This document shows positions 19,785-27,562 of a stretch of 64,000 nucleotides of DNA, in pieces. The stretch is from a virus, in IMG/VR virus record IMGVR_UViG_3300045988_146774, positions 107,897 to 171,896 of that record. The stretch is one strand, 5' to 3'. Within the stretch, counting starts at the first letter, position 1. Every line of letters starts with the position of its first letter. Below the pieces are notes generated by a model, which saw nothing but the letters and a program-made list of their open reading frames with translations, searched no databases and was not told the origin of the DNA. The position numbers and the translations under genes were made by a program.

Positions 19785-20261
19785 TCATAAATTTCCGATA
19801 TCTATTAGTGCCAAATCTTTGTAAGTCTTCTTTGCTTTTGTTTTTTTTACTTTTATGATTTTTTTATTTTTTTCTTTATAATCTTTGGCACTATCTTTTA
19901 CAGCAAGTCTATCAATATAAAATTTTTTGGCTTCTTCATATACAAAAGGAATGATCCCCACTCCCAAAGAATCAGCAGGATCATTGTGTTCTATTTCATA
20001 AAAATAATGTAAAGTTGTTTTCATCCCCTTATATGAATAATGAAACTGCTCCTTAAAATCTTTTATTTGTTTTACTATCCATCCTGTAGGTGCATCAATT
20101 TGATAAAGTTCACATATATAAGCAATTAATTGTTTATAATCATCAGCTTCTTTTTGTTTATTTTCATAGCACACAGGACAATAATATCGACCATTAAAAG
20201 TGACTGTATTTTCTTTATCATTAAATGTTCCACATTCCGGACATTTTACTTTTCTTGCCAT
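19785..20261 (-). CDS. zinc-ribbon protein, possible replication accessory factor
   Basis: 158 aa. CPECG..(17)..CPVC N-terminal ribbon and K-rich tail. Sits directly upstream of dnaB. Confidence 0.55.
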   Translation of the reverse strand: MARKVKCPECGTFNDKENTVTFNGRYYCPVCYENKQKEADDYKQLIAYICELYQIDAPTGWIVKQIKDFKEQFHYSYKGMKTTLHYFYEIEHNDPADSLGVGIIPFVYEEAKKFYIDRLAVKDSAKDYKEKNKKIIKVKKTKAKKTYKDLALIDIGNL

Positions 20262-20280
20262 ATTTTACCCTTCTAGTAAA

Positions 20281-20310
20281 GTGGGAGAAAAATCTCCCAC
20301 CACTTTTTTA
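20281..20310. terminator. GC-rich hairpin GTGGGAGA-aaaa-TCTCCCAC with flanking A/T runs
   Basis: 8-bp perfect stem at 20281-20288/20293-20300. T6 run follows on the plus strand, A6 run precedes. Only UUUAC follows on the minus strand. Confidence 0.55.
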
Positions 20311-20311
20311 T

Positions 20312-21331
20312 TTACTCAACAATAATTCCCTGTTCTTTAACAATATCGTTAAGATCATCTAAGATAAGCATAAGCAAATCAATCTGCGTTGCATCACAGT
20401 CTCTAACAAGTTTTCCTTTGCCAAGATAATGATTTGTTACAGACTGATATTTATCCATCATTCCTTGAGCATTAAGAGCTTTCGCAATCTTTCCAATGTT
20501 AGTTACTGTTTCCTTAAAATCGGCTACGCTACTCTGGTCTTTATAAACTTCAACTGGTTTATCTGAAATAACTGCCCCGTCTTCAGCTTCAAGTTTATCA
20601 ATAGCCTGTTCCATATCTGCTCTTAAAGCTTCATATGTAAATGGAATCTTAGCTGACATATACTTATTTCTTGTTCCTGCTTCAAGATACTGATTACCTC
20701 TAAGTGTAAGAACCATCTTATTTGTTCCATCGTCCTGTAATTCATTTGTTGCGAATCCAACAACATCTACAAGTCCTGCAAGAACTTCGAATCCCCTCTT
20801 ATCAACGAGTGGCTGCGTTCTCTCATATTTTTCACCATTCTCTTTAATCTGCTTTGTTTCAGAATGTGCGATAACTACAAGAGTATATCCAGCCTTTACA
20901 ATTTCCTGGAAAAACATATTAAATTCTTTTTTTACAGCTTTATAGCCACGCTTAGATTCTGTTTCATCAAGATATTCCACTCCTTCTTTTGCAAGGATAT
21001 AATCTTCACACATCATGTAAGCAAGATCTGCTGTATCTACAACAACTGTTTTAAAAGTTGTCTCTGGTTTCTCGCCTTTTTCCACTTTATTAACATCTGA
21101 GAGAAGCTGTTTTTTTACTTTTAAAGCTTCAGACCATTTATTAATTGGCTGTCCATAAACTCCAGAAAGCATGTTCCATCCTTTTTCAAATCCCATAACA
21201 AGTGGTTTTGGGAATTTTACCGCATTAGAAGTTTTTCCTGATTTTCTCGTTCCATAAATCAGAAAACTCTTTCCCGATAAATCTCTACTAATTACGCTTG
21301 GTTTAAGATTAAAAATATCAATATCTGCCAT
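20312..21331 (-). CDS. AAA_24 / Sak4-like RecA-fold ATPase
   Basis: 339 aa. FLIYGTRKSGKTS Walker A, VVVDTAD Walker B-like. Typical position next to SSB in phage recombination modules. Confidence 0.65.
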   Translation of the reverse strand: MADIDIFNLKPSVISRDLSGKSFLIYGTRKSGKTSNAVKFPKPLVMGFEKGWNMLSGVYGQPINKWSEALKVKKQLLSDVNKVEKGEKPETTFKTVVVDTADLAYMMCEDYILAKEGVEYLDETESKRGYKAVKKEFNMFFQEIVKAGYTLVVIAHSETKQIKENGEKYERTQPLVDKRGFEVLAGLVDVVGFATNELQDDGTNKMVLTLRGNQYLEAGTRNKYMSAKIPFTYEALRADMEQAIDKLEAEDGAVISDKPVEVYKDQSSVADFKETVTNIGKIAKALNAQGMMDKYQSVTNHYLGKGKLVRDCDATQIDLLMLILDDLNDIVKEQGIIVE

Positions 21332-21384
21332 TTATATTCTCCTTTTTATTAAAAATTTTTCCTTTTTTAGCGATGGGGAATGCC

Positions 21385-22293
21385 TTAGAATGGCATATCC
21401 TCATCAGAAATTGGTGCTGCTTTTGTTACAGATTTTGCTGAACTTGAATTTCCTTGATATCCTGCTTCTTTAAGTTCATTAAGTTTTGCTTTTCTTTCGG
21501 AGAGTCCAATTCGAACTGCTTCTTTAGAAAATGCATTATCTTCATCTTCATCAATTGCCGGATCTGCACCAGTAAGAATCATTTCAACATAAGATTTTCC
21601 ATCTGTTACTCTCTGTACTCCAATACCACCAGACTTTTTAGGCTTCTCTTCACCTTTATGAAGTGTATATGTAATGAATACTTTTGCTGTCTGCCCAATT
21701 TCATATCCATCCTCAAAAGCTTCTCTCAATTCTGCCGGTACAATGATATTCTTCACCGGAATAATATTTCCAAAGAAATCATTCGTCAGAATTGTGACTC
21801 TTAAACGCCCTGTCTCTTCTTTTTCTTCACCTTTAACTTCTGGTGTAATTGCTGAAATATATCCTTCAATATCCGCCTCGCCCTTGAATTCATCAAAAGG
21901 ATTAATGAAAGAAATACTACAATTTAGTGATTCAATAAGCTTTTCCTCACTATTTACATAATCATTTGTTGCAAAAGCACAAGTGAGATCGACTGCCGTT
22001 GCTTCATCCCAGCCAACTTTAGCTACAGACTGTACTTTCTCAGCCCATTCTTTAGTCGGTGCGTAAGCTTTATTTTCTTTCTTCTGACCGTCTTTAATTC
22101 GATATTCCTGTACGAATCTTTCAAAAGAACGTTCCATTGCTTTATGCTCACCAAACTGAATCTTTCCACGGATTCTAATGTATGGCGCACCTTTACTCTC
22201 GCCATTCTTAATCTCTCCAGAATTCATTTCAAATTCTGTTACCTTGCCTCCAAGTACCACTTTGTTCGTCATCTGTCTTACTTTGTCGCTCAT
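21385..22293 (-). CDS. putative ssDNA-binding protein
   Basis: 302 aa. Acidic C-terminal tip ..PISDEDMPF, like the SSB DDDIPF tail. Gene-order context. Confidence 0.5.
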   Translation of the reverse strand: MSDKVRQMTNKVVLGGKVTEFEMNSGEIKNGESKGAPYIRIRGKIQFGEHKAMERSFERFVQEYRIKDGQKKENKAYAPTKEWAEKVQSVAKVGWDEATAVDLTCAFATNDYVNSEEKLIESLNCSISFINPFDEFKGEADIEGYISAITPEVKGEEKEETGRLRVTILTNDFFGNIIPVKNIIVPAELREAFEDGYEIGQTAKVFITYTLHKGEEKPKKSGGIGVQRVTDGKSYVEMILTGADPAIDEDEDNAFSKEAVRIGLSERKAKLNELKEAGYQGNSSSAKSVTKAAPISDEDMPF

Positions 22294-22500
22294 TAAGTGT
22301 CCTCCTAGAATTAAAAATTTATTGTAAATATTGTTAATAAAACAATCTATTTAAACGCCCAACCGGACGGAACACAGAAATAAATTTATGTAAATTTCTA
22401 TGTAAAAGGTGATTTTTGAGTACAAAAACCCAAGGGTATGCCTGTCCACCCATATTTATTCTCTATTCAATTGTTCGAATATTTGGAATTGTGGATTGAA

Positions 22501-22809
22501 TTAATCCTTGATTTGTTGAGAACAAATTCTCATTTTATAAGCAAAATGTCTTGCATAAACATCATAAACGTCATCATAAATAGTACAAGATAAATGATAA
22601 TCGTCATATAACAATTCTTTTATTTTACGATTCGCCTGAATGCTATTTCCAGGCATTTGTTTTGATTTGAAACGTATTGCTCTGCCGTCATATTTTTCAA
22701 ATGCATTACAATATGTATCCCAATCTTCTACTTCTATAATTCTTGATTGATGATCATAAATTTTACTGTCATTATCGACAATTAGATTCGTTTCGATTAC
22801 TTCTACCAT
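22501..22809 (-). CDS. hypothetical protein
   Basis: 102 aa. Tiles. Confidence 0.6.
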   Translation of the reverse strand: MVEVIETNLIVDNDSKIYDHQSRIIEVEDWDTYCNAFEKYDGRAIRFKSKQMPGNSIQANRKIKELLYDDYHLSCTIYDDVYDVYARHFAYKMRICSQQIKD

Positions 22810-22842
22810 TTTTACCTTTCAAGTCCGAATGAAAGATTAGAT

Positions 22843-23337
22843 TCATCGGTTCTTATCATTTGGTGCTTTATCTGATCTAAAATTGAAGAATCTGTGTTTA
22901 TACTTATATTCTCTTTTGTAATCACAAAATTTTTTACGTAATTCATCAAGCTCATCTACACAAGCGCAATATCTATCAAAATCTTTTTCACATTTTTCTT
23001 TTGATAATTTTGTATTCTCTGTTTCGATATATTTATCTTCAATATAATATGTAAATGAACCATCTGAGTTACGACATCTTTTATGAATTTTTACCAACTT
23101 TTTTATGTCACACAGAAAAAATTCTTCTCCAACTTTTAGTGGAGGATTGTCAATATTATATTCTCCAATAATTTTTTGACTTAGTACATTATCTTTACAA
23201 GAATATCGCATATCATACTTTTTTGGTTTTTTGATATAATGTTCTCTTGAAGAAGTAGTACCATAAATCCAATCATACTTGACATAACTTTCATATATTT
23301 CTTCAACTTCTCGTTGTACAAATATACTTTTTGCCAT
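22843..23337 (-). CDS. hypothetical protein
   Basis: 164 aa. Tiles. Confidence 0.65.
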   Translation of the reverse strand: MAKSIFVQREVEEIYESYVKYDWIYGTTSSREHYIKKPKKYDMRYSCKDNVLSQKIIGEYNIDNPPLKVGEEFFLCDIKKLVKIHKRCRNSDGSFTYYIEDKYIETENTKLSKEKCEKDFDRYCACVDELDELRKKFCDYKREYKYKHRFFNFRSDKAPNDKNR

Positions 23338-23339
23338 TT

Positions 23340-23606
23340 CTATTCTCCTTCATATAATTTCAAAGTTCCATCTGAATTATAAATTGGTGTTATACCAAAA
23401 GCATTTCCAGATTCTACCATATAATACATTACATTAGTATTTTTATCATAGGCAACAGTCGTGTACCCAGCTTCATAAATATCAACAAGATCAAAATATT
23501 TATTTCCAAGCTTGTTGTTTGTTGGCGTTATGTCTCCATTACCACACCCTGTCATACAAAAACATATTGACAACCCAAGAACAATCGCTGCAATTTTCTT
23601 TTTCAA
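23340..23606 (-). CDS. lipoprotein
   Basis: 88 aa. MKKKIAAIVLGLSICFCMTGCGNG is a signal peptide plus lipobox MTGC. Confidence 0.7.
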   Translation of the reverse strand: MKKKIAAIVLGLSICFCMTGCGNGDITPTNNKLGNKYFDLVDIYEAGYTTVAYDKNTNVMYYMVESGNAFGITPIYNSDGTLKLYEGE

Positions 23607-23651
23607 AATCTCACCACCTTGTTATTCTCCAATCCAAAATGAAATCTATGT

Positions 23652-24053
23652 TTACTCTACAATCATCCAGTCTTCAGATAGCATATCTGTCTGAGACGGT
23701 GTCCACGGCACTTTATTTTTAGGCGCATAAGGATTTTCTGTCTGTAATCCAGTAGTGTTGATATATATGAACGAATGCGTCATATAATTGAATGCTTCAA
23801 TAGTTGTTCTTGCTGTAACTCTGTCGTATTCTTTCACTTCTTCACTCAGTTCAGAATACGGAATCATATCCGGGTGATCTGTAACTCCCTGTTTTTTCTT
23901 TTCTTCCCACCATGCGTTATGCACTGCTTCTGCAATAGTTTCAAGATTGACTTCTGGCGAATACATTTCCAGATAGATTCCTTTACCATTCCATCCTTTA
24001 CGTGCCACTTTCTTACCATCTTTTAATGCTTCAATTGCTTTTCCAAAATTCAT
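23652..24053 (-). CDS. DUF2829 (Tad2-family-like) protein with inserted RyR-like domain
   Basis: N-terminus MNFGKAIEALKDGKKVARKGWNGKG and C-terminus PWTPSQTDMLSEDWMIVE are the two DUF2829 hallmarks. Between them, IAEAVHNAWWEEKKKQGVTDHPDMIPYSELSEEVKEYDR matches the RyR-domain pattern. Confidence 0.6.
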   Translation of the reverse strand: MNFGKAIEALKDGKKVARKGWNGKGIYLEMYSPEVNLETIAEAVHNAWWEEKKKQGVTDHPDMIPYSELSEEVKEYDRVTARTTIEAFNYMTHSFIYINTTGLQTENPYAPKNKVPWTPSQTDMLSEDWMIVE

Positions 24054-24088
24054 ATTCTATCTCCTCCTAAAATGTCACTTTCATCCGG

Positions 24089-24433
24089 TTATTTATTCTT
24101 TGAATTCGTCGTTGTTTTAGCATTCTGAATGGATTTCATAAGCTGAAGGTTGTCATTAAGAACTAATGCCATTGCTTGATCTTCTGAGAATCCTGTTTTT
24201 ACATATGCATCATACATATTTCTTTTATTTTCTGCGACCACTTTATAATAGTCATCGTTTTTCACAAAGTCCTTCATAATCTCAAGCATTTCTTTACATA
24301 CCATATATACAGTAGGCTTATATTTGTTAATATATTCTTTAATCATATCGTCCAATGAAATATCCTTTGGTTCTTCTGTATCTAATCCCTCTGAAAGCAT
24401 TTTTCTAAGTGCCATTTTTGTCATTGCATCCAT
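24089..24433 (-). CDS. hypothetical protein
   Basis: Track ORF begins upstream. ATG at 24433 (MDAMTKM..) follows AAGGAG and avoids overlapping the 39-aa ORF. Confidence 0.55.
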   Translation of the reverse strand: MDAMTKMALRKMLSEGLDTEEPKDISLDDMIKEYINKYKPTVYMVCKEMLEIMKDFVKNDDYYKVVAENKRNMYDAYVKTGFSEDQAMALVLNDNLQLMKSIQNAKTTTNSKNK

Positions 24434-24434
24434 A

Positions 24435-24554
24435 TTATTTATTCTCCTTCTTTTCTTTATCGTGCTTCTTCTTTGCAATCGCAGCTCGATTGGCTCCTAA
24501 CTGATTATCCAGCTTTGCAAAAATACTTTTCATCTTTCCATAATGTGTTCTCAT
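24435..24554 (-). CDS. possible basic mini-protein (39 aa)
   Basis: Hand translation MRTHYGKMKSIFAKLDNQLGANRAAIAKKKHDKEKKENK. GGAG upstream. Ends 1 nt before the next start. Confidence 0.3.
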   Translation of the reverse strand: MRTHYGKMKSIFAKLDNQLGANRAAIAKKKHDKEKKENK

Positions 24555-24574
24555 AATTTTTATTCTCCTTTTCT

Positions 24575-24985
24575 TTATTTTAAATATGTTTGAATCATAT
24601 CAACGATAATTTTTTCTGGGAAAGTTCTGCATGTAATAATTGTAATAATATTACTAAAAATCATTGAAACTGAACCTATCATTCCTGCTCCAGATAATAC
24701 CCATGTAAGTGTGGCTGCAACATCCCAGTCAGTTATTTCTTCAATTTCGTCATATTTCTTTTTACAAAAAATTCCAATTTTGATTCCAATGCAACTAATA
24801 ATAAATAAGATAATTCCAAAAATTAGCCACATTGTTGCAATTGAGAATTTGTAATTTACACATTTAGCCATTAATTCTTTTAAATATGGCTGTACATTTT
24901 TACTTGACCAATCAATAGCAAGTCCAAACTTATCACATAAATTATCAAGAACTTTAATAATCTGATCTGAAACCATTTCAAGCAC
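24575..24985 (-). CDS. membrane protein
   Basis: 136 aa. Hydrophobic segments ATMWLIFGIILFIISCIGIKIGIF and LSGAGMIGSVSMIFSNIITIITC. Confidence 0.65.
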   Translation of the reverse strand: MLEMVSDQIIKVLDNLCDKFGLAIDWSSKNVQPYLKELMAKCVNYKFSIATMWLIFGIILFIISCIGIKIGIFCKKKYDEIEEITDWDVAATLTWVLSGAGMIGSVSMIFSNIITIITCRTFPEKIIVDMIQTYLK

Positions 24986-25031
24986 CTCTCTTTCTTTTCT
25001 TATATAATGTATTTAACTCTCTCTGTAGAGA

Positions 25032-25229
25032 TTATTTTTCTAATAGATTCCTGCAATACTTTATTCTCTTTTTTAATTGAGAAATATCGAGATTCATATT
25101 ATTAATTTCATCAGATATCATCTTCTTGTGAAGTTCTTCTTCCAGTTCAGACAGTCTTAGTTCTACTATATCTAAATAATCAATAATAATATCTTGCAGA
25201 TCTCTATCTGCGTTAATTGCTTTTGACAC
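25032..25229 (-). CDS. hypothetical coiled-coil mini-protein
   Basis: GTG at 25229 lies 7 nt after GGAGG. The track start 25253 would overlap the upstream ORF. Confidence 0.5.
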   Translation of the reverse strand: MSKAINADRDLQDIIIDYLDIVELRLSELEEELHKKMISDEINNMNLDISQLKKRIKYCRNLLEK

Positions 25230-25240
25230 ATATACACCTC

Positions 25241-25417
25241 CTATACAGACCAAATAGCAAAGTACGAATCGTGCTTGTTATATGGCTCTCTGCTGATAAT
25301 ATCCTTATCTGTATATTCACAATTCTTTACCATTTCTGTAGCAATTTCTTCACTATCCGCTTCGATTTTGCCATGAATCATCTGCTCGTCTTGTTCCATT
25401 TGAAATTCAAATTTCAT
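25241..25417 (-). CDS. acidic mini-protein (58 aa, below ORF-track cutoff)
   Basis: Hand translation MKFEFQMEQDEQMIHGKIEADSEEIATEMVKNCEYTDKDIISREPYNKHDSYFAIWSV. AAGGAG upstream. Confidence 0.45.
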   Translation of the reverse strand: MKFEFQMEQDEQMIHGKIEADSEEIATEMVKNCEYTDKDIISREPYNKHDSYFAIWSV

Positions 25418-25451
25418 CTTTATTTTTCACTCCTTTTTGCTTATTTTTAAG

Positions 25452-25516
25452 TGGTTGTACAGGAATCGAACCCGTTTCTCCTTATATAAGATGTGTTGCC
25501 ATTACACCAACAACCT
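25452..25516 (-). tRNA. tRNA-like element with truncated anticodon arm (65 nt)
   Basis: Reverse complement gives acceptor AGGUUGU/ACAACCA, D arm GUGU-AAUGGCA-ACAC and T arm ACGGG-UUCGAUU-CCUGU. Only 16 nt (UCUUAUAUAAGGAGAA) sit where about 22 nt of anticodon arm plus variable loop belong. Confidence 0.4.
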
Positions 25517-25568
25517 TCCGCTTAGAGGTAATTTATGAAAACTATTTTGACAACATATAGTTGCCGAT

Positions 25569-25642
25569 ACGGTTATGCAAGAATCGAACTCGCTACATAT
25601 CATATTTTCACAATGACTGCTCTACCAATGAGCTAATAACCG
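25569..25642 (-). tRNA. tRNA-Phe(GAA)-like
   Basis: Acceptor CGGUUAU/AUAACCG, D arm GCUC-AUUGGUA-GAGC, T arm GCGAG-UUCGAUU-CUUGC. Anticodon region UCAUU-GUGAAAA-UAUGA has a U-U closing mismatch (or a 9-nt loop). Confidence 0.6.
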
Positions 25643-25761
25643 TACTCTCTGTTCCAAATAATGTGCACTATTGTCTAAAAATATAAAACACCGGAGAATC
25701 ATAATTTAACGACATTTCATATAGCAATCATGGTTTCTCACGCCACTTTTGCTCAGAGAAA

Positions 25762-25908
25762 AGATGGATGGTGGATTCGAACCACCTTTATAAGATTCAT
25801 TACCTCAAATGTGCATATTCTCGATAACTTCACTTACAACCACAGCGTTCCTACTCGTACTAGAATCTGTCATGCACAACATAATTCGTTCTGTTGCTGC
25901 CACCCACC
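25762..25908 (-). ncRNA. tRNA-like 3' module (T arm + acceptor strand) with a distant complementary 5' strand
   Basis: GGUGG-UUCGAAU-CCACC plus AUCCAUC at 25763-25786. The only complementary 5' strand (GGUGGGU, two G-U pairs) lies at 25902-25908, about 120 nt away. No canonical D or anticodon arm lies between them. Confidence 0.25.
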
Positions 25909-26026
25909 AAATTTATAAGCGTACCCATGATTTCGCACATGACTGATTACGCAATGTCTTAAGCGCACTTTTCGCTAACCTTTATTACAGAGTGCTTTGG
26001 AAAAGTGTAAGGTCAAGTATCTCTCA

Positions 26027-26100
26027 TGGAGCGTGCTCGACTTGAACGGGCGATCTTATGCTTATGAGGCACATGCATTAACCAACTATGCTAACGCTCC
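26027..26100 (-). tRNA. tRNA-Met or tRNA-Ile2 (anticodon CAU)
   Basis: Acceptor GGAGCGU/ACGCUCC, D arm GCAU-AGUUGGUUA-AUGC, anticodon arm UGUGC-CUCAUAA-GCAUA, T arm GCCCG-UUCAAGU-CGAGC (one C-A mismatch). No encoded CCA. Confidence 0.8.
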
Positions 26101-26192
26101 AGAAACTTACAACTTTAAGGTAAGTTGCCAACCTGTTTTTGTGATAAAACATTAAATTTAGAAAGGAGTGTCTGATTGATAATTCAGACAAA

Positions 26193-26265
26193 CTAGGCTG
26201 GTGGGTACCGCCCCCACTGATATATGGGTCAAAGCCATATGTGTTTACTTATTCACCACAGCCCA
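26193..26265 (-). tRNA. tRNA-Gln(UUG)-like with non-canonical D and T loops
   Basis: Perfect anticodon arm UAUGG-CUUUGAC-CCAUA and T stem GUGGG/CCCAC. The T loop is GGCGGUA (no UUC) and the D loop AUAAGUAA lacks GG. Confidence 0.5.
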
Positions 26266-26550
26266 TCGTAATTTACAGTAGTTGCTTCATCTCTATATTC
26301 TCTATATTGATGCCAATCCCAACCCACTGCTTAATTAATTGGATTTTGATGTGAGAGATTTTATACTCCCCTCTCACATATTTAGTATGGAAAAATTTGT
26401 ATCCTATGTAATATCATACAGAGGAAACATTATTATTTATAATATATTCACCATTTACCAGCCCAGAGGATAACTCGAAGTCAATTACAACTATACTCTC
26501 AACCTTTTGTCTGGGATTTTGTAAATCTTTATATCTTTTATTTTTACTAT

Positions 26551-26612
26551 TTAAACTTTACATAATCAAAAACTTTGAATCTTAAACTTTGCTCTTTAAG
26601 GTTTATAACTTT
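26551..26612. repeat. AAACTTT iteron-like direct repeats
   Basis: AAACTTT at 26553, 26570 and 26584 (TTAAACTTT at 26551 and 26582), plus TAACTTT at 26606, inside a 560-nt ORF-free A+T-rich region. Confidence 0.5.
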
Positions 26613-26631
26613 TAGCTTTATGACAGTTTAT

Positions 26632-26656
26632 AGGACTCATGCTGGAGTCTTTTGTT
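26632..26656 (+). terminator. plus-strand hairpin + T tract
   Basis: AGGACTC-atgctg-GAGTCTT followed by TTTGTT. The U tract is only on the plus-strand side. Confidence 0.35.
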
Positions 26657-26859
26657 CTGTAATAATTTGGTATTTACTTTAGCATAGTAAGCCATTTGTA
26701 AACCAAAAAAGTATATTCTACCTTTAAAGTTTTTTAGATTTTATGTAGTCAGTTTGTTTAATCTTTTACATCAGAGTAACCGACAAAGCTCAGATGAGTC
26801 ATAGTTTCAAGTTTTCAATAAACAATGAATAATTATCTATTTATATATTCTCTAACGAA

Positions 26860-27501
26860 TTAATACTCAACAGTAATTTCTGTTGTTGCATTACTTACGC
26901 TAAGAGCAGCATCAATTCCAGCTTTGAATTTAGAAATTTCGTCTTCTAATTCATCGATCTTATCTTTGATGTGGATCGGATCAATGAGTTCATATGTATG
27001 TGCCTCGATATATGCCTTTCTCGTTCTTTCATATTCTTCAGTATTTGTCTTTCCTTCTTTAGACCCATATATACCAGTTACATATTTCTTAGCATCTTCC
27101 GCAAGTGAATCTCCATTCATCTTATTAATCTTGTTACAAGCTTTTGCGTACTGATCTTTCATTTCCTGTAAAAGAGATTCTTTTAATGTGATTCCATGCT
27201 GTTTCATATAGATAGCTTCCGCAACAGTATATTCTTCAAAGCCATCTTTAAGGTGTGTAACTGCATTTGAGTTTGTGATCGCCCTCTTGATTGCAATTGC
27301 TCGTTTAATCAAATCATTGGATTTATCGTATCCGGAAACGATTGTTTTCTTATATTCATCAATACTAACTCCATCAATCTTCTGGTTCGAATGAATATTC
27401 TCTTTGCAGAACGTAGATAATGCTACCGTATTGTAGATTCTACTGTTAAGAATCTTGAGCTCTGCTAACCCTTTGTGAATAGTCATAGTCTCTTTTGTCA
27501 T
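26860..27501 (-). CDS. hypothetical protein
   Basis: 213 aa. First gene after the tRNA / non-coding gap... (read on the minus strand it precedes the gap). Helical, K/E-rich. Confidence 0.7.
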   Translation of the reverse strand: MTKETMTIHKGLAELKILNSRIYNTVALSTFCKENIHSNQKIDGVSIDEYKKTIVSGYDKSNDLIKRAIAIKRAITNSNAVTHLKDGFEEYTVAEAIYMKQHGITLKESLLQEMKDQYAKACNKINKMNGDSLAEDAKKYVTGIYGSKEGKTNTEEYERTRKAYIEAHTYELIDPIHIKDKIDELEDEISKFKAGIDAALSVSNATTEITVEY

Positions 27502-27562
27502 AATAATGTCTCCTTTTCTTACCTTTGATATTTGAATTTTTAACTTTGCACTTATTTATTCT

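Noticed and set aside
25452-25516. Suppressor tRNA / stop-codon recoding (the truncated tRNA-like element contains UUA and UAU triplets in its loop region)
   Set aside because: No proper 7-nt anticodon loop can be drawn. All long genes, including the 1302-aa polymerase, read through uninterrupted under the standard bacterial code, so nothing here suggests recoding.
25763-25786. tRNA 3' fragment as an attP core of a temperate phage
   Set aside because: There is no integrase or recombinase gene anywhere in the window, and the fragment sits inside a tRNA cluster. It is kept only as one of several readings in the findings.
26551-26612. Possible CRISPR array or other spacer-repeat structure in the non-coding regions
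   Set aside because: The repeats are only 7-9 nt with irregular short spacing. No 25-40 nt repeat/spacer periodicity exists anywhere in the window, and there are no cas genes.
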